NCBI GenBank assembly: GCA_963845145.1
Contig: CAWJQU010000005.1
Span: forward strand, 352,001-416,000
DNA: 64,000 nt
From: an uncultured delta proteobacterium
GTDB lineage: Bacteria; Desulfobacterota; Desulfobacteria; Desulfobacterales; QNYZ01
Direction of reading: 5' to 3'
Position 1 is the stretch's first letter. Each line of letters begins with the position of its first letter. The notes beneath the pieces are model-generated. The model saw only the letters and a program-made list of their open reading frames with translations. It had not been told where the DNA came from and did no database searches. Shown piece after piece: positions 41,140 through 50,951 of this stretch. The position numbers were made by a program, and so were the translations under genes.

Positions 41140-42192
41140 ATGATGCGAAAATATTTTTTTATTCTATTGTTTGGAGTACTGGTGGTTTCGTGTGTAAGCG
41201 TTCCGGTACAAACGGGAACAAGCGATTCAAAAAGCCCGGCCACGGGTTCTGCTGCGGGATCTCATTCGCAAGGAGAAAATAGTGCTTTGGAAAAATGTAA
41301 CGCCACCATGGGCACACTAACCATACTCGAGGATCGCTACGCCTCATGGTATAGCTATATGGGGAGATACGGGATTCATTCTACCGTTCCGGTTTTACGA
41401 TTGTTCGCCCAGCAAAGTGGCTGTTTTGTCGTGGTCGAAAGAGGGCGAGGGCTCAGGAGTGCAACCGAGGAGCGACGACTTCAATCTTCCGGTGAACTAC
41501 GTGAAGGAAGCAATTTTGGGAAAGGACAAATGGTATCCGCAGACTACACCATGACACCAACGCTCATTTTCAGCGATAGTAACACAAGTGGTATCGGTGG
41601 CGCCGTCGGAGGAATCATCGGTGGTCGCCTGGGGGCAGCGGTAGGGGGAAGTATGCGGGTAAAAAGCGCGCAGAGTATGCTTACTTTGGTGGACAACCGG
41701 TCCACCGTCCAGGTGGCTGTCGCTGAGGGTAGCTCAAGGGGGATGGATTTTGGAATCATTCAAGGCTTATTTACAGGGAGTGCCGGCGGCATTTTGGGTG
41801 CCTATACCAAAACACCTGAGGGCAAGGTGATTGTCGGTGCCATGATGGATGCGTTTAATAATATGGTTAAGGCGGTACGAAACTATTCGCCCCAAACGCC
41901 CGCTGGTCCCGGCGGTCTTGGAACGGGAGGAAAACTGAAGGTAGACGGGACAGCCGGAGCGAAAGCAGGAAAGCAATCAAATACCCACGCGGCCGAACAT
42001 GATAGAGCGACCATAAAAGAGATGCAAATTATTTTGAATAAATTAGGATTTAATGTCGGCACCCCGGATGGTGTCCCTGGAAAAAAGACCCGGAATGCGG
42101 TTTCTACTTTTCAAAAAGTCAGTGGCCTCCCGGTAAGCGGCAACCTGGATCGTGAAACGATTGATAGGTTACGTAAAGTTGGCGGCGTTTAG
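41140..42192 (+). CDS. CsgG-family lipoprotein with C-terminal peptidoglycan-binding domain
   Basis: Lipobox VVSC, QQSGCFVVVERG, LNKLGF..GTPDGVPGKKT..A...FQ. Confidence 0.82.
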   Translation: MMRKYFFILLFGVLVVSCVSVPVQTGTSDSKSPATGSAAGSHSQGENSALEKCNATMGTLTILEDRYASWYSYMGRYGIHSTVPVLRLFAQQSGCFVVVERGRGLRSATEERRLQSSGELREGSNFGKGQMVSADYTMTPTLIFSDSNTSGIGGAVGGIIGGRLGAAVGGSMRVKSAQSMLTLVDNRSTVQVAVAEGSSRGMDFGIIQGLFTGSAGGILGAYTKTPEGKVIVGAMMDAFNNMVKAVRNYSPQTPAGPGGLGTGGKLKVDGTAGAKAGKQSNTHAAEHDRATIKEMQIILNKLGFNVGTPDGVPGKKTRNAVSTFQKVSGLPVSGNLDRETIDRLRKVGGV

Positions 42193-42585
42193 TTTATGTG
42201 CTGCAAATGTTTCTGCTGAAGTGGAAGTATGGCAATCATTTCGATCAATGTATTTTGATAGATATTCAGTTAGTTGGTTGATCTATTTTTTGTAAAATAG
42301 TCTTTCTATGACAAATATGTTACTTCCCAAAATGGTGAGGGACGATTGGCTTATCCTTCACCATTTTTCTATTCTGTGAAGACTCCCAGCTGAGTTTTTG
42401 TCTTATCCGTATCTCGGTACCGACATGATGGATGAGCCCCTCCTCTTTCTCGGCCGCTTTGGGATAGTGAATACGCGGGCCATTAGAAACATCGTTGATG
42501 GCAACGGGCTTTCTTTTTGTGAGTCGACGATTGATTCCAAGGCGCTCACCGACCCCTTGTCGAAGTCAAGCCGCAAACGTCTAAA

Positions 42586-42815
42586 AAAAATCAATGCCTT
42601 TAAAGCTGCATTGGATATTAACACCTGGGTCGAAGAGAATTCGGTATCGGTTTTAAATGTCGCAGGATCATGGGCAAGCGAAGATCCAAAGATATATGCA
42701 TGGGCGCTTATAACTAATCATACGCATATTTTACTGCGTAGCAGTGCCGTCAGGCTGCCTACGTTCATGCGCCGGTTTCTTTAGGGCTGCGCCATATCGT
42801 ACAACCGCACCCAAC
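42586..42815 (+). pseudogene. Chimeric remnant: YpsA/SLOG gene fragment fused to a REP-associated tyrosine transposase fragment
   Basis: 42586-42698 is nearly identical to 47189-47301; followed by YAWALITNHTHILL..FMRRFL (HUH). Confidence 0.75.
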
Positions 42816-42905
42816 GCCAACGGCGGGGAAGTCTCTTTTTCCCGATAAAATGGATCGCCGCACAACAAATCGATGCTCGCCCTCTGCATGATTGGCGTCG
42901 CCGTT

Positions 42906-43973
42906 TCATTGAATATCACCGAATCCATCCACGCATGCAATCCATTGGCCGCCATCAATCCTGTGTGGGTCGATATGATGCATTCCGAGCCTGTTCCATC
43001 CATCCCCGCTGGCCCTGATGACTGGCGTTTCCCGGTGAAGAACTTCCATATAGTCGTCTTGCGTCAGCTTTGTAATTTTAAAAGCCCATACTTGGTAGCC
43101 ATAAACAGGATAGCAATCCTGGGTGAATCTAAAAATTTCGTTTTCAAACGAAACGATCCTTCCACCCGGTCTGGCGATATTCGGATCACCCTCAACCACG
43201 GGACTTTTTGGATGCTCCTTCCAGGGACCTATCAGATTGTCCGCGAAATAGAGCCGTAGCGTTCCGTTGTCGTGCGGCCTTGAACTGGTCTCCGAAAAAA
43301 GCCACCATTTACCATTATACTGGACGATTGAATTATCCGAAAACCGCTCCCCCATTAATAAAGTACCAGTGAATTCCCATTTTTCCGGAAAATTCGACGC
43401 CTTATAAAGCCGAACCGATGAAACCGCATTGCTTTCGGGAATCATGTAATAATGACCGCCATGCTCAAAAACATACGGGTAAGATAGATGAAACGGCTCG
43501 TTTAGAACGATTTTCCCATATGTCCAGTGAAGACCGTCCTCACTTTTCGCATATCCGATGTCGCCTTGATGGTTTGTCGCGTTCTCAACTTCAAAAAACA
43601 TGTACCATATATCATCGCGTTGGATCATGAACGGATCTGCAACAAGCGTTGCACGTGTGTCCGTCACGTCTTCCGGACGAAGAACGGGGTTGGCGGCACC
43701 AAAAGAATATTCGAAAGGAGAATTACCCTTGTAAACACCGATAGTGAATGTCGCGGGATATTCGATGGATTGAATTTTCCAGCCCGCCTTGAACGCGTTT
43801 TTTCCGTTCGGATACGAATTGAGATACGCGCGGTAAGCTTCCGCTGTTTTTCTTTTTTCCGCGTACCAGAAGCTCAAGTTATCTTGAGAAATATATACGC
43901 AAGCAGCAAGGCAGGCAATTGTAATTGCGAAACATCCTGATATACGGAGGACAAGTTTTCGGCTTACCGCCAT
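42906..43973 (-). CDS. Membrane-anchored beta-propeller resembling the GINT1 N-terminal domain (GH32/43-like fold)
   Basis: VADPF..YMFFE, QGDIG, HLSYPYVF, YMIPES, GPWKEHPKSP, ARPGG, HHID, VDG. Confidence 0.72.
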   Translation of the reverse strand: MAVSRKLVLRISGCFAITIACLAACVYISQDNLSFWYAEKRKTAEAYRAYLNSYPNGKNAFKAGWKIQSIEYPATFTIGVYKGNSPFEYSFGAANPVLRPEDVTDTRATLVADPFMIQRDDIWYMFFEVENATNHQGDIGYAKSEDGLHWTYGKIVLNEPFHLSYPYVFEHGGHYYMIPESNAVSSVRLYKASNFPEKWEFTGTLLMGERFSDNSIVQYNGKWWLFSETSSRPHDNGTLRLYFADNLIGPWKEHPKSPVVEGDPNIARPGGRIVSFENEIFRFTQDCYPVYGYQVWAFKITKLTQDDYMEVLHRETPVIRASGDGWNRLGMHHIDPHRIDGGQWIACVDGFGDIQ

Positions 43974-44433
43974 ATTAGCCGCCTTTCAATTCGGAACGCA
44001 GGTCCGGGGCAGAACGAACGTGAACGACCAAGAGAGAAAACGTCCTTGTCGGTGGGAATGCTGACCCTGTTGCTGGCACGCTCCCTGCGTCAGTGAAATT
44101 CATTTGCAGTCTTCGTTACAGACCATTCGTAAACTTCGGTGTCCACAAGTTCGCTGACGACTTAGGCCACGAAGGGCTCGTTCACGATTCTCCAGTCTGG
44201 CGCGAGCACGGCGGACTATTCTTTGCCCGGCCCCCAAGACGGATCGTTTGGCTTCATTGCGCAAACCATGAGATATCCGGGGCCGTAAACAGCTTGATTC
44301 CGCTCTCGGCCAGAATCAGTGTCGATGATAGGAAAACGTTTTCTGTACGAAGGTTTATATCAATTGGCGATTTGTATGTCAATTGACCGCTCAATACCAT
44401 ATGCTGTATAGGTAGTTTTTTTGTTATTGTTCA

Positions 44434-44670
44434 ATGCAATGGTTCGGGACAGCGTATGCGGTCGGTTTTCATATGAGTAACGGAACCGGACGGCATCTAT
44501 TTCAAGGGCAATATAAAAGTATTTTAGTGGAAAATGAAACTTATCTAATGAGGCCATCTTTATATATTCATCGGAATGACTTAAGGGCTGGAATGGTCGA
44601 GCGGCTTATGGATTACAATACCGTCAGACCAACCAGTAGCCTTGATTTTAAACCACCGGCACCTGAGACT
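44434..44670 (+). pseudogene. RAYT transposase fragment fused to an IS3-like C-terminal fragment
   Basis: HLFQGQYKSILVE..YIHRN..RAGMV followed by YNTVRP.SSL..KPPAPE. Confidence 0.65.
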
Positions 44671-44821
44671 GTTTATCCTTTGATCTTTAATCCTTTTCTG
44701 TTTACATCTGGTGGAAAAAATACTCCGGGTTCTAACTTAACAAATGGGACTAAAATTGGGGGCAGTTCAGTGAGCTACGCTGCGCCATTGCAAGTCAAGC
44801 AATAACTAATAAAAATGGAAT

Positions 44822-45103
44822 TTGACCATGTTCTCAAACCTGAAATGCCCGAAATGCCATAATCAGCGGGAGCCAGACGCTATTGAATGTCCATTCTGCG
44901 GAATTTTCTACAAAAAATTCAAGGTTAAAGACTCCAATCTGCAAGAAAAAGTAATTAAAAACGTACAAAAGAAAAAAAAGTTACAAAAATTTGTAAGGCA
45001 CACTATACTAGGAATATTTTTGTTTCTCATATTCGCAATTTCAGTACCCCTGCTATTATTCCGGCAATTAAATAGGAGAACTAAGTCGCATAAGCAAATA
45101 TAG
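44822..45103 (+). CDS. Zinc-ribbon plus TM small protein (possibly truncated)
   Basis: CPKC...CPFCG and one TM helix. Confidence 0.5.
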   Translation: MTMFSNLKCPKCHNQREPDAIECPFCGIFYKKFKVKDSNLQEKVIKNVQKKKKLQKFVRHTILGIFLFLIFAISVPLLLFRQLNRRTKSHKQI

Positions 45104-45543
45104 GCTGTTTAAAATTCTTTTAGCGCCATTCCAACCTCGTATTCCCACCATCCCACGATTTAATAGAAATTGCATAAAACTTGCTGAACGGTCCTCAATA
45201 TTTATTTTTCACCCCTTATCATTTACAGAATAATGCCGATAGTATGATCAGAAACATAAAATTTAAACGGGAATATATTTTATGAAAAACGCACAAACCT
45301 ATGCTATAGGAGAGCCAACAGAGGCATCCCACCATCCTTTATTATGGATAAAGGAATGCTCGAATTGCTTTTTGTTATTGAGAATGAAAAAGACATCAAA
45401 AAAGTCTTACAGAAAGCGCAGTTGACTCCTTTAGTTTTTAAAACAAAAGACAGCGCAACCGTCCCGCCTTTTATTCGCTTGGCTGGACAGAAATAAAACT
45501 GTCAAAAGCGAACACTTAAATTGACAAGGAGATAATCCATAAC

Positions 45544-45930
45544 ATGGCTCCAACTATTGGGAAGAGAAATAAAGACAGATTTCAAGTGATGAATTGCAAT
45601 GTCCGATTAGAATCAAAAGGGTTTTTGGGATTTTTCGGAAATCAGATGCATTGTGCCGCACTCATCAATTCAAGTGCTACCGGTATACAGATAGTCTCTT
45701 ACGATATGCTGAAAAACAAAAAACAATACGATATTGTCATATACTCACCGGCATTTAGTAACCCGATTTCAACTAAAGGCCGGATTGTTTGGCAAAAACC
45801 TTATGCTGGAAACGATCGGAAGCAATACTACCGAATTGGTTTTGAGTTTACCTATTTTAAAGGTCCCTCCATGGAGCAAATCCAAAAACTTGAAGATGAT
45901 CCTAACTTACGGGAGTTAAAAAGGGATTAG
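45544..45930 (+). CDS. PilZ-like domain protein
   Basis: KRNKDRF, NSSATG, GRIVW, RIGFEF; AAGGAG RBS. Confidence 0.7.
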   Translation: MAPTIGKRNKDRFQVMNCNVRLESKGFLGFFGNQMHCAALINSSATGIQIVSYDMLKNKKQYDIVIYSPAFSNPISTKGRIVWQKPYAGNDRKQYYRIGFEFTYFKGPSMEQIQKLEDDPNLRELKRD

Positions 45931-46577
45931 CTTGAAACCGCCTTTCATTCAGTCCCAAGTACAATTTAATTTTACCCACCACCAATTTTATTCATACCAC
46001 CAGGGAGGGTCTACCATGAGGATCAAAACCATTTTTGTTATGCCCCTTGTATTATTATCTATTTTGGTGTCGATTATTCCCTGATTATGAATATGCATTG
46101 TAATGGGAGCGGATTTGGCGGGATCGGCCGCGCTCTGTTGATCGCTGCACATGAAGATGTCTCAGATTCCTGGGAAGATATCCTTGCAATGCATAATGAC
46201 CAGGGCTGGGGCTTGATCTTAAAGCTATATGATATTTCTCCCAGTGAGCTTGCACCTGGCCAAGTTATTTCCAGGCATGGAAATAAACCGGATAGGCCGA
46301 GAAATCCGGATAAACCTTAGTAGGATTTCATCATCTGCTGATATTTATTTTTCCTGGGAGGATATATGGGACGGACTGTTTGGGCCGACTGTTTCGATGT
46401 TCCCGGGCATGTATGTAAAGATGCCCGGTTGAAGGGAACACAATTAAAATATCCAAAGGGGACTCCCAAAGGACCGGCAGATTGGGAAGCAGGCATAAAT
46501 TTTAGAAGCTTATCTGACCTGGCCAATAAACTTGAAAAGGCGTTCGTGCCAACAAGTTATTAAAAGCGCCACCCGAA

Positions 46578-46796
46578 GTGGCACCCAAACCGCCTCGTAA
46601 GAAAGTACCGATATGGATTTACAAAGAGCTTAGCGAGCTTCTACAAAAAATCAAAAAATTGAATCAAGTCAAGCCGCAAACGTCTATAATAAAGAAAGAA
46701 CGCGCCAGGTTGATAGGTCAGTACATGAGCCGAAAAAGGGCTATTGAAGACAGAAATCACATTGAAATCGTTGACAAAGTTAAAGGATGGCTTTAG
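46578..46796 (+). CDS. Small hypothetical protein
   Basis: 72-aa basic ORF upstream of the SLOG gene. Confidence 0.35.
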   Translation: MAPKPPRKKVPIWIYKELSELLQKIKKLNQVKPQTSIIKKERARLIGQYMSRKRAIEDRNHIEIVDKVKGWL

Positions 46797-46862
46797 AGAA
46801 AAAAGAGACTTTCGACCCGTGGAAAAGATACTATAGGTGATCGTATTTCAACCTTGAAATAA

Positions 46863-47708
46863 ATGGAGTTTGATACCATAGTGATTGAAAAAATAATAAC
46901 CGGTGGCCAAACGGGAGCCGACCAAGCTGGGCTCGATGTCGCGATAAAACTGGATATCCCCCATGGCGGATGGGTTCCAAGAGGCCGCAAGACCGAAGAC
47001 GGGATATTGCCAAAGAAATATACATTAAAAGAGATGGCCACCGGCAGCTACCCTGCCCGTACAGAAAAGAATGTGCTTGATTCTGATGGTACCCTTATTT
47101 TCACCCATGGGGTCCTCTCCGGTGGTTCTGCCTTAACGCAAAGAATGACCAATCAACATGGCCGTCCATGCCTTCACATAGACATTAATAAAATCAACGC
47201 CTTTAAAGCTGCATTGGATATTAACGCCTGGATCGAAGAGAATTCGGTATCGGTTTTAAATGTCGCAGGGTCACGGGCAAGCGAAGACCCAAAGATATAT
47301 GATGCTGTCATGGGCATTCTCGAAAGCGCCTACATCCTCGGCCTATCCAAAGGCCCTGAACCGGAAGCAGTTCGAACACTGTTCTCAAGTAAAGAAAGGG
47401 CCCAGGAGCGGTCATTCAAGCCCCGTACCGTCAAGGAAGCGGTCGAAAACCTTATCATTAAATTATCTTTGAAGGATAAAGCATCTATTGCCAATATGGC
47501 TGAGCAAGAGCTTTCATCCCTTCATATTTCATTGGGGAATTATATACGAAACAATTATGATCTTTTGGGTGGAAACAATGAGCTTTTATCATCATGTCGA
47601 TTCTTGCTGAAAAAGGATGATGTTCATGAGGATGAGGCTTCGACCTTTATCATAAGGAAATTATGGGAGGCGCTCAGAAAGACCCATCGATTGAAGGTTG
47701 TTAAGTGA
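46863..47708 (+). CDS. YpsA/SLOG-type 'putative molybdenum carrier' protein with C-terminal extra domain
   Basis: IITGGQTGADQAGLD, RTEKNVLDSDGTL, LNVAGSRAS; tail YIRNNY.L..GN..L. Confidence 0.82.
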   Translation: MEFDTIVIEKIITGGQTGADQAGLDVAIKLDIPHGGWVPRGRKTEDGILPKKYTLKEMATGSYPARTEKNVLDSDGTLIFTHGVLSGGSALTQRMTNQHGRPCLHIDINKINAFKAALDINAWIEENSVSVLNVAGSRASEDPKIYDAVMGILESAYILGLSKGPEPEAVRTLFSSKERAQERSFKPRTVKEAVENLIIKLSLKDKASIANMAEQELSSLHISLGNYIRNNYDLLGGNNELLSSCRFLLKKDDVHEDEASTFIIRKLWEALRKTHRLKVVK

Positions 47709-47889
47709 ATATACACCAACCTATCAGATATCTGTCGTAATAGCTGAAGTTACATAACCAATGCGGCTCAATCTTCGCTTCGGCCAGCCTAGCATAACAC
47801 AGACTACAAGAAATACTGCTACAGTGAATCTGCAAAAAAAGACCCTATGGAATTAAAATGGGGGCAAATTGGCCCCCTGCTTCTAACTA

Positions 47890-49576
47890 GTGTCCATCCA
47901 AAGCTATAACTATCTGAAACTCATAAAAAAAGCGCATTTTGCGGTAGCAATTCTTTTCGTTTTGTGGTATATTGAAAGTTACTAAACACTCAATAATACT
48001 ACAAAAACAGAAAAGGAGCTGGTCGCAAAATGCGCGAAAAATGGCCCAAACAAATGCCCCTGATGGCTCACATCCTCGATCATCCCCAAAGCAAGGAACT
48101 GGAAGTGATCAGTGGGATTATCGATGCAAAACCTACCATCTGTGAGTATATTCTGCAAGATCTAAACAGAGGCAAGTCCAAGACCCAGCGCGCCGGCGCC
48201 AAAGGTATGAGCGCCGAACAAGTGCTACGCTTTATCATCGTCAAAGTCCTTTTCGGTTTCACTTATGAAGAATTGGCCTTCCACATCGTCGACTCGCAAA
48301 GCCTGCGCTGGTTTTGCCGCATCGGCATGGCCGAAGAAGGGTTTAAAAAATCTGCCTTGAACCGCAATATCAAAGCCATCAGTGATCAGACCTGGGAGAT
48401 GGTCAACCGCGATATTCTGGAATATGCCAAAAAAGAGGGCATCGAAAAGGGCCGTAAAGTGCGCACGGACTGTACCTGCGTTGAGTCCAACATTCACCAG
48501 CCATGGGATTCGACCCTGTTGGGCGACTGTGTACGGGTATTGACGCGGCTTATTGTGCGCAGCCGGGATGAGTTCGGGCTCAAGGTGCCGCAATTTAGCA
48601 ACCATAACCGACGGGCCAAACGTCGGATGCTGGCGGTTATGAATGCCAAGGGTAAAAAGCCACGCAAGGCGGCCTATGTCGACTTGCTCAAAATTACCGG
48701 CAAGGTGCGCGGTTATGCCCACACGGCGGCACAGATGATCAAAAAGAGTGCGCTCGCACCCAGCGCGATTGCTCTTTTTGCCCAAATCAATCACTATGCC
48801 GAGCTTACCGAAAAGGTCATCGACCAGACCCATCGCAGGGTTGTTCTGGGCCAGAGCGTTGCTGCCGCTGACAAGGTGGTATCGATCTTCGAACCTCACA
48901 CCGACGTTATTGTCAAGGATCGCCGGGATGTGATTTTCGGCCACAAGATCTGCCTGACCGGCGGAGCCTCCAATTTGATTCTGGATTGCCTGATTGTCGA
49001 AGGCAATCCAGCCGATGTAGATTTGGCCATCCCGATGTTAGACCGGCAAAAAGAAATCTATGGCCGATACCCGCTCAAAGTCTGCTTTGACGGCGGCTTT
49101 GCATCTAAAGACAATCTGAAACAGGCCAAGGCGGCCTCGCGCAAGATAAAGGATGTCTGCTTTGCCAAAAAGCGCGGTCTGAAAGAAACAGATATGTGCC
49201 GCAGTGAATATGTGTATCATAGGCTTCGCCGGTTCAGGGCCGGGATTGAGTCGGGCATTTCCTGGCTCAAACGTTCCATGGGGCTGGCTCGATGTATGTG
49301 GAAAGGCTGGCACGGCTTTAAGTCATATGTCTGGTCATCGATTGTCGCGGCCAATTTATTGACCATTGCAAGGACCAAGCTGGCGTCAACTTAAAAATTG
49401 CGGCCTTTATCCATTGTTGGTTCGCGCGCAGCAGCAGAGGTGCGCTCAAAATACGAAGAAAACGAAAAATATCTATGCTATCAAAATATTTGTAGCAGAT
49501 TATCATAGAACAATTCTTTTGGAACCATCGCTGTAGTAAATGGACTGCTTAAAACTACCGATTATTGGATGGACAC
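47890..49576 (+). mobile_element. Complete insertion sequence (IS5-like/ISNCY DDE) with IRs and 6-bp target duplication
   Basis: IRs GTGTCCATCCAA / TTGGATGGACAC; TAACTA on both sides (47884-47889, 49577-49582). Confidence 0.9.
48030..49394 (+). CDS. DDE transposase
   Basis: RTDCTCVESNIH.P.DS, SIFEPHT, FDGGF, RAGIESGISWLKR. Confidence 0.92.
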   Translation: MREKWPKQMPLMAHILDHPQSKELEVISGIIDAKPTICEYILQDLNRGKSKTQRAGAKGMSAEQVLRFIIVKVLFGFTYEELAFHIVDSQSLRWFCRIGMAEEGFKKSALNRNIKAISDQTWEMVNRDILEYAKKEGIEKGRKVRTDCTCVESNIHQPWDSTLLGDCVRVLTRLIVRSRDEFGLKVPQFSNHNRRAKRRMLAVMNAKGKKPRKAAYVDLLKITGKVRGYAHTAAQMIKKSALAPSAIALFAQINHYAELTEKVIDQTHRRVVLGQSVAAADKVVSIFEPHTDVIVKDRRDVIFGHKICLTGGASNLILDCLIVEGNPADVDLAIPMLDRQKEIYGRYPLKVCFDGGFASKDNLKQAKAASRKIKDVCFAKKRGLKETDMCRSEYVYHRLRRFRAGIESGISWLKRSMGLARCMWKGWHGFKSYVWSSIVAANLLTIARTKLAST

Positions 49577-49953
49577 TAACTAAAGCCATAGAAAAATTTG
49601 ATATGTGGCCCTATGTGGCTGATCCAATAATATTTTGTCCTGTCGATTGGTGGGATTGGAAACAATTCCTAAGTGAATCGCCTGATAATGATGTGCCAAC
49701 CAACTCTCAAGCGGTTCACTTGTGGAATGAGATGTGGCGTCGGGATAAAGTTGATAAGTCCAGCAACTTCTTTGAAAATTGCATTTACGAACAACTTAAG
49801 AAGCTTTATCTAAATAATTAGAAAAATTGCATTAAATAGACATGCGTAAATTTATTTGCTATACTAAATAAACCCTAACACGGTATTGGCCTTGCAAGGG
49901 GGGAAACGTATCCCATCGGGTAACTTTATTGTGCTTTTGAATGACATATATCT

Positions 49954-50298
49954 ATGAAAAACGGAATCGAAAGACGCCGACATATTCGAGCCCCTTTACA
50001 TGTGCCCTTTACTTTAATAACTGCCCAAGGCCACATCAAAGAAAAGACTCGTGACATTAGTGTTAGCGGATTTTCCGCTATCTTGCCTTTTGAAGCATCT
50101 GAAATAGAAGATGAATTTCAAAGCATCCTCGGATCGACTGAGGAACGGTTGATGTTGGTGGATTGTAAAAAGATATGGTCGGATAGTATTACTGTTCATG
50201 ATACCATCCTTATCGGAATTGGTGTTCAATTTACCAAAATATCATCCAAAGACCACAAAATCATAGCTTCATTGGTTGAAGATTTCTATAGGGCTTAG
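49954..50298 (+). CDS. PilZ domain protein (paralog 1)
   Basis: RRRHIR, DISVSG, GIGVQF. Confidence 0.85.
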   Translation: MKNGIERRRHIRAPLHVPFTLITAQGHIKEKTRDISVSGFSAILPFEASEIEDEFQSILGSTEERLMLVDCKKIWSDSITVHDTILIGIGVQFTKISSKDHKIIASLVEDFYRA

Positions 50299-50430
50299 TA
50301 CACTTTAATGAAGAGGCTGTAATTGCACTCAAGAAAAAGAATATAGACAATAAACCCTTTAGAAGGTGGTGGCCCAAGACCGAAAAATAAAAAGCGTAGG
50401 CCCTATCCATCTTATAGCTGTTGCCGAAAT

Positions 50431-50820
50431 ATGAAAAACGGAATTGAAAGACGTCGTTATATTCGGGCGCCATTAAAATTAGACCTGTTTATAGAGACCC
50501 CCAAAGGTAGAATCAATGGCATGACTGCTGATATTAGTATCCGTGGGCTTTCCATTATGCTTTTCTTAAAAGCGCCTGAAATCGATCAAAAATTTGAAAT
50601 AATGCTTAAATCGCCATATGGCCATGAAATGTCAATCACTTGTGAAAAGGCGTGGTCGGGTAAACATATTTCAAATAAAATTGTCTACGATGCAATTGGC
50701 GTACATTTTACACACATATCACTATCCGACCAAAAAATTTTAACAACAATGATTGAAGATCATTACCTGGTCTTAGCTTTTAAAGAGAGTATCACTTTGG
50801 ATGATGATAATAAATTATAG
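50431..50820 (+). CDS. PilZ domain protein (paralog 2)
   Basis: RRRYIR, DISIRG, AIGVHF. Confidence 0.85.
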   Translation: MKNGIERRRYIRAPLKLDLFIETPKGRINGMTADISIRGLSIMLFLKAPEIDQKFEIMLKSPYGHEMSITCEKAWSGKHISNKIVYDAIGVHFTHISLSDQKILTTMIEDHYLVLAFKESITLDDDNKL

Positions 50821-50951
50821 CTTCAATGGTTATGTGATTTTATCTACCATTTCCCATCTGGCAGGTTTCTCCAGTTTTTTGTTGAGATGATAAGTTAAAG
50901 CTAACACAATGCATCTTTTTAGCTCCTTTACGGGAACTTCATCCGGCGTTC

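Larger units (their letters stand above)
47815..49821 (+). pseudogene. GT32 (alpha-1,4-glycosyltransferase-like) C-terminal remnant split by the IS
   Basis: Removing the IS restores in-frame LKWGQIGPLLLT-KAIEKF..FCPVDWWDW..AVHLWNEMWRR. Confidence 0.7.

Noticed and set aside
44074..44090. Sigma-54 promoter (TGGCACG-N4-CTGC)
   Set aside because: Imperfect -12 box and no intact gene downstream
48225..48944. 239-aa antisense ORF inside the transposase, and similar shadow ORFs elsewhere
   Set aside because: Fully overlaps a well-supported gene and has no recognisable motifs
18704..50000. Integrative island anchored at tRNA-Pro
   Set aside because: I found no integrase and no second copy of the tRNA-Pro 3' end
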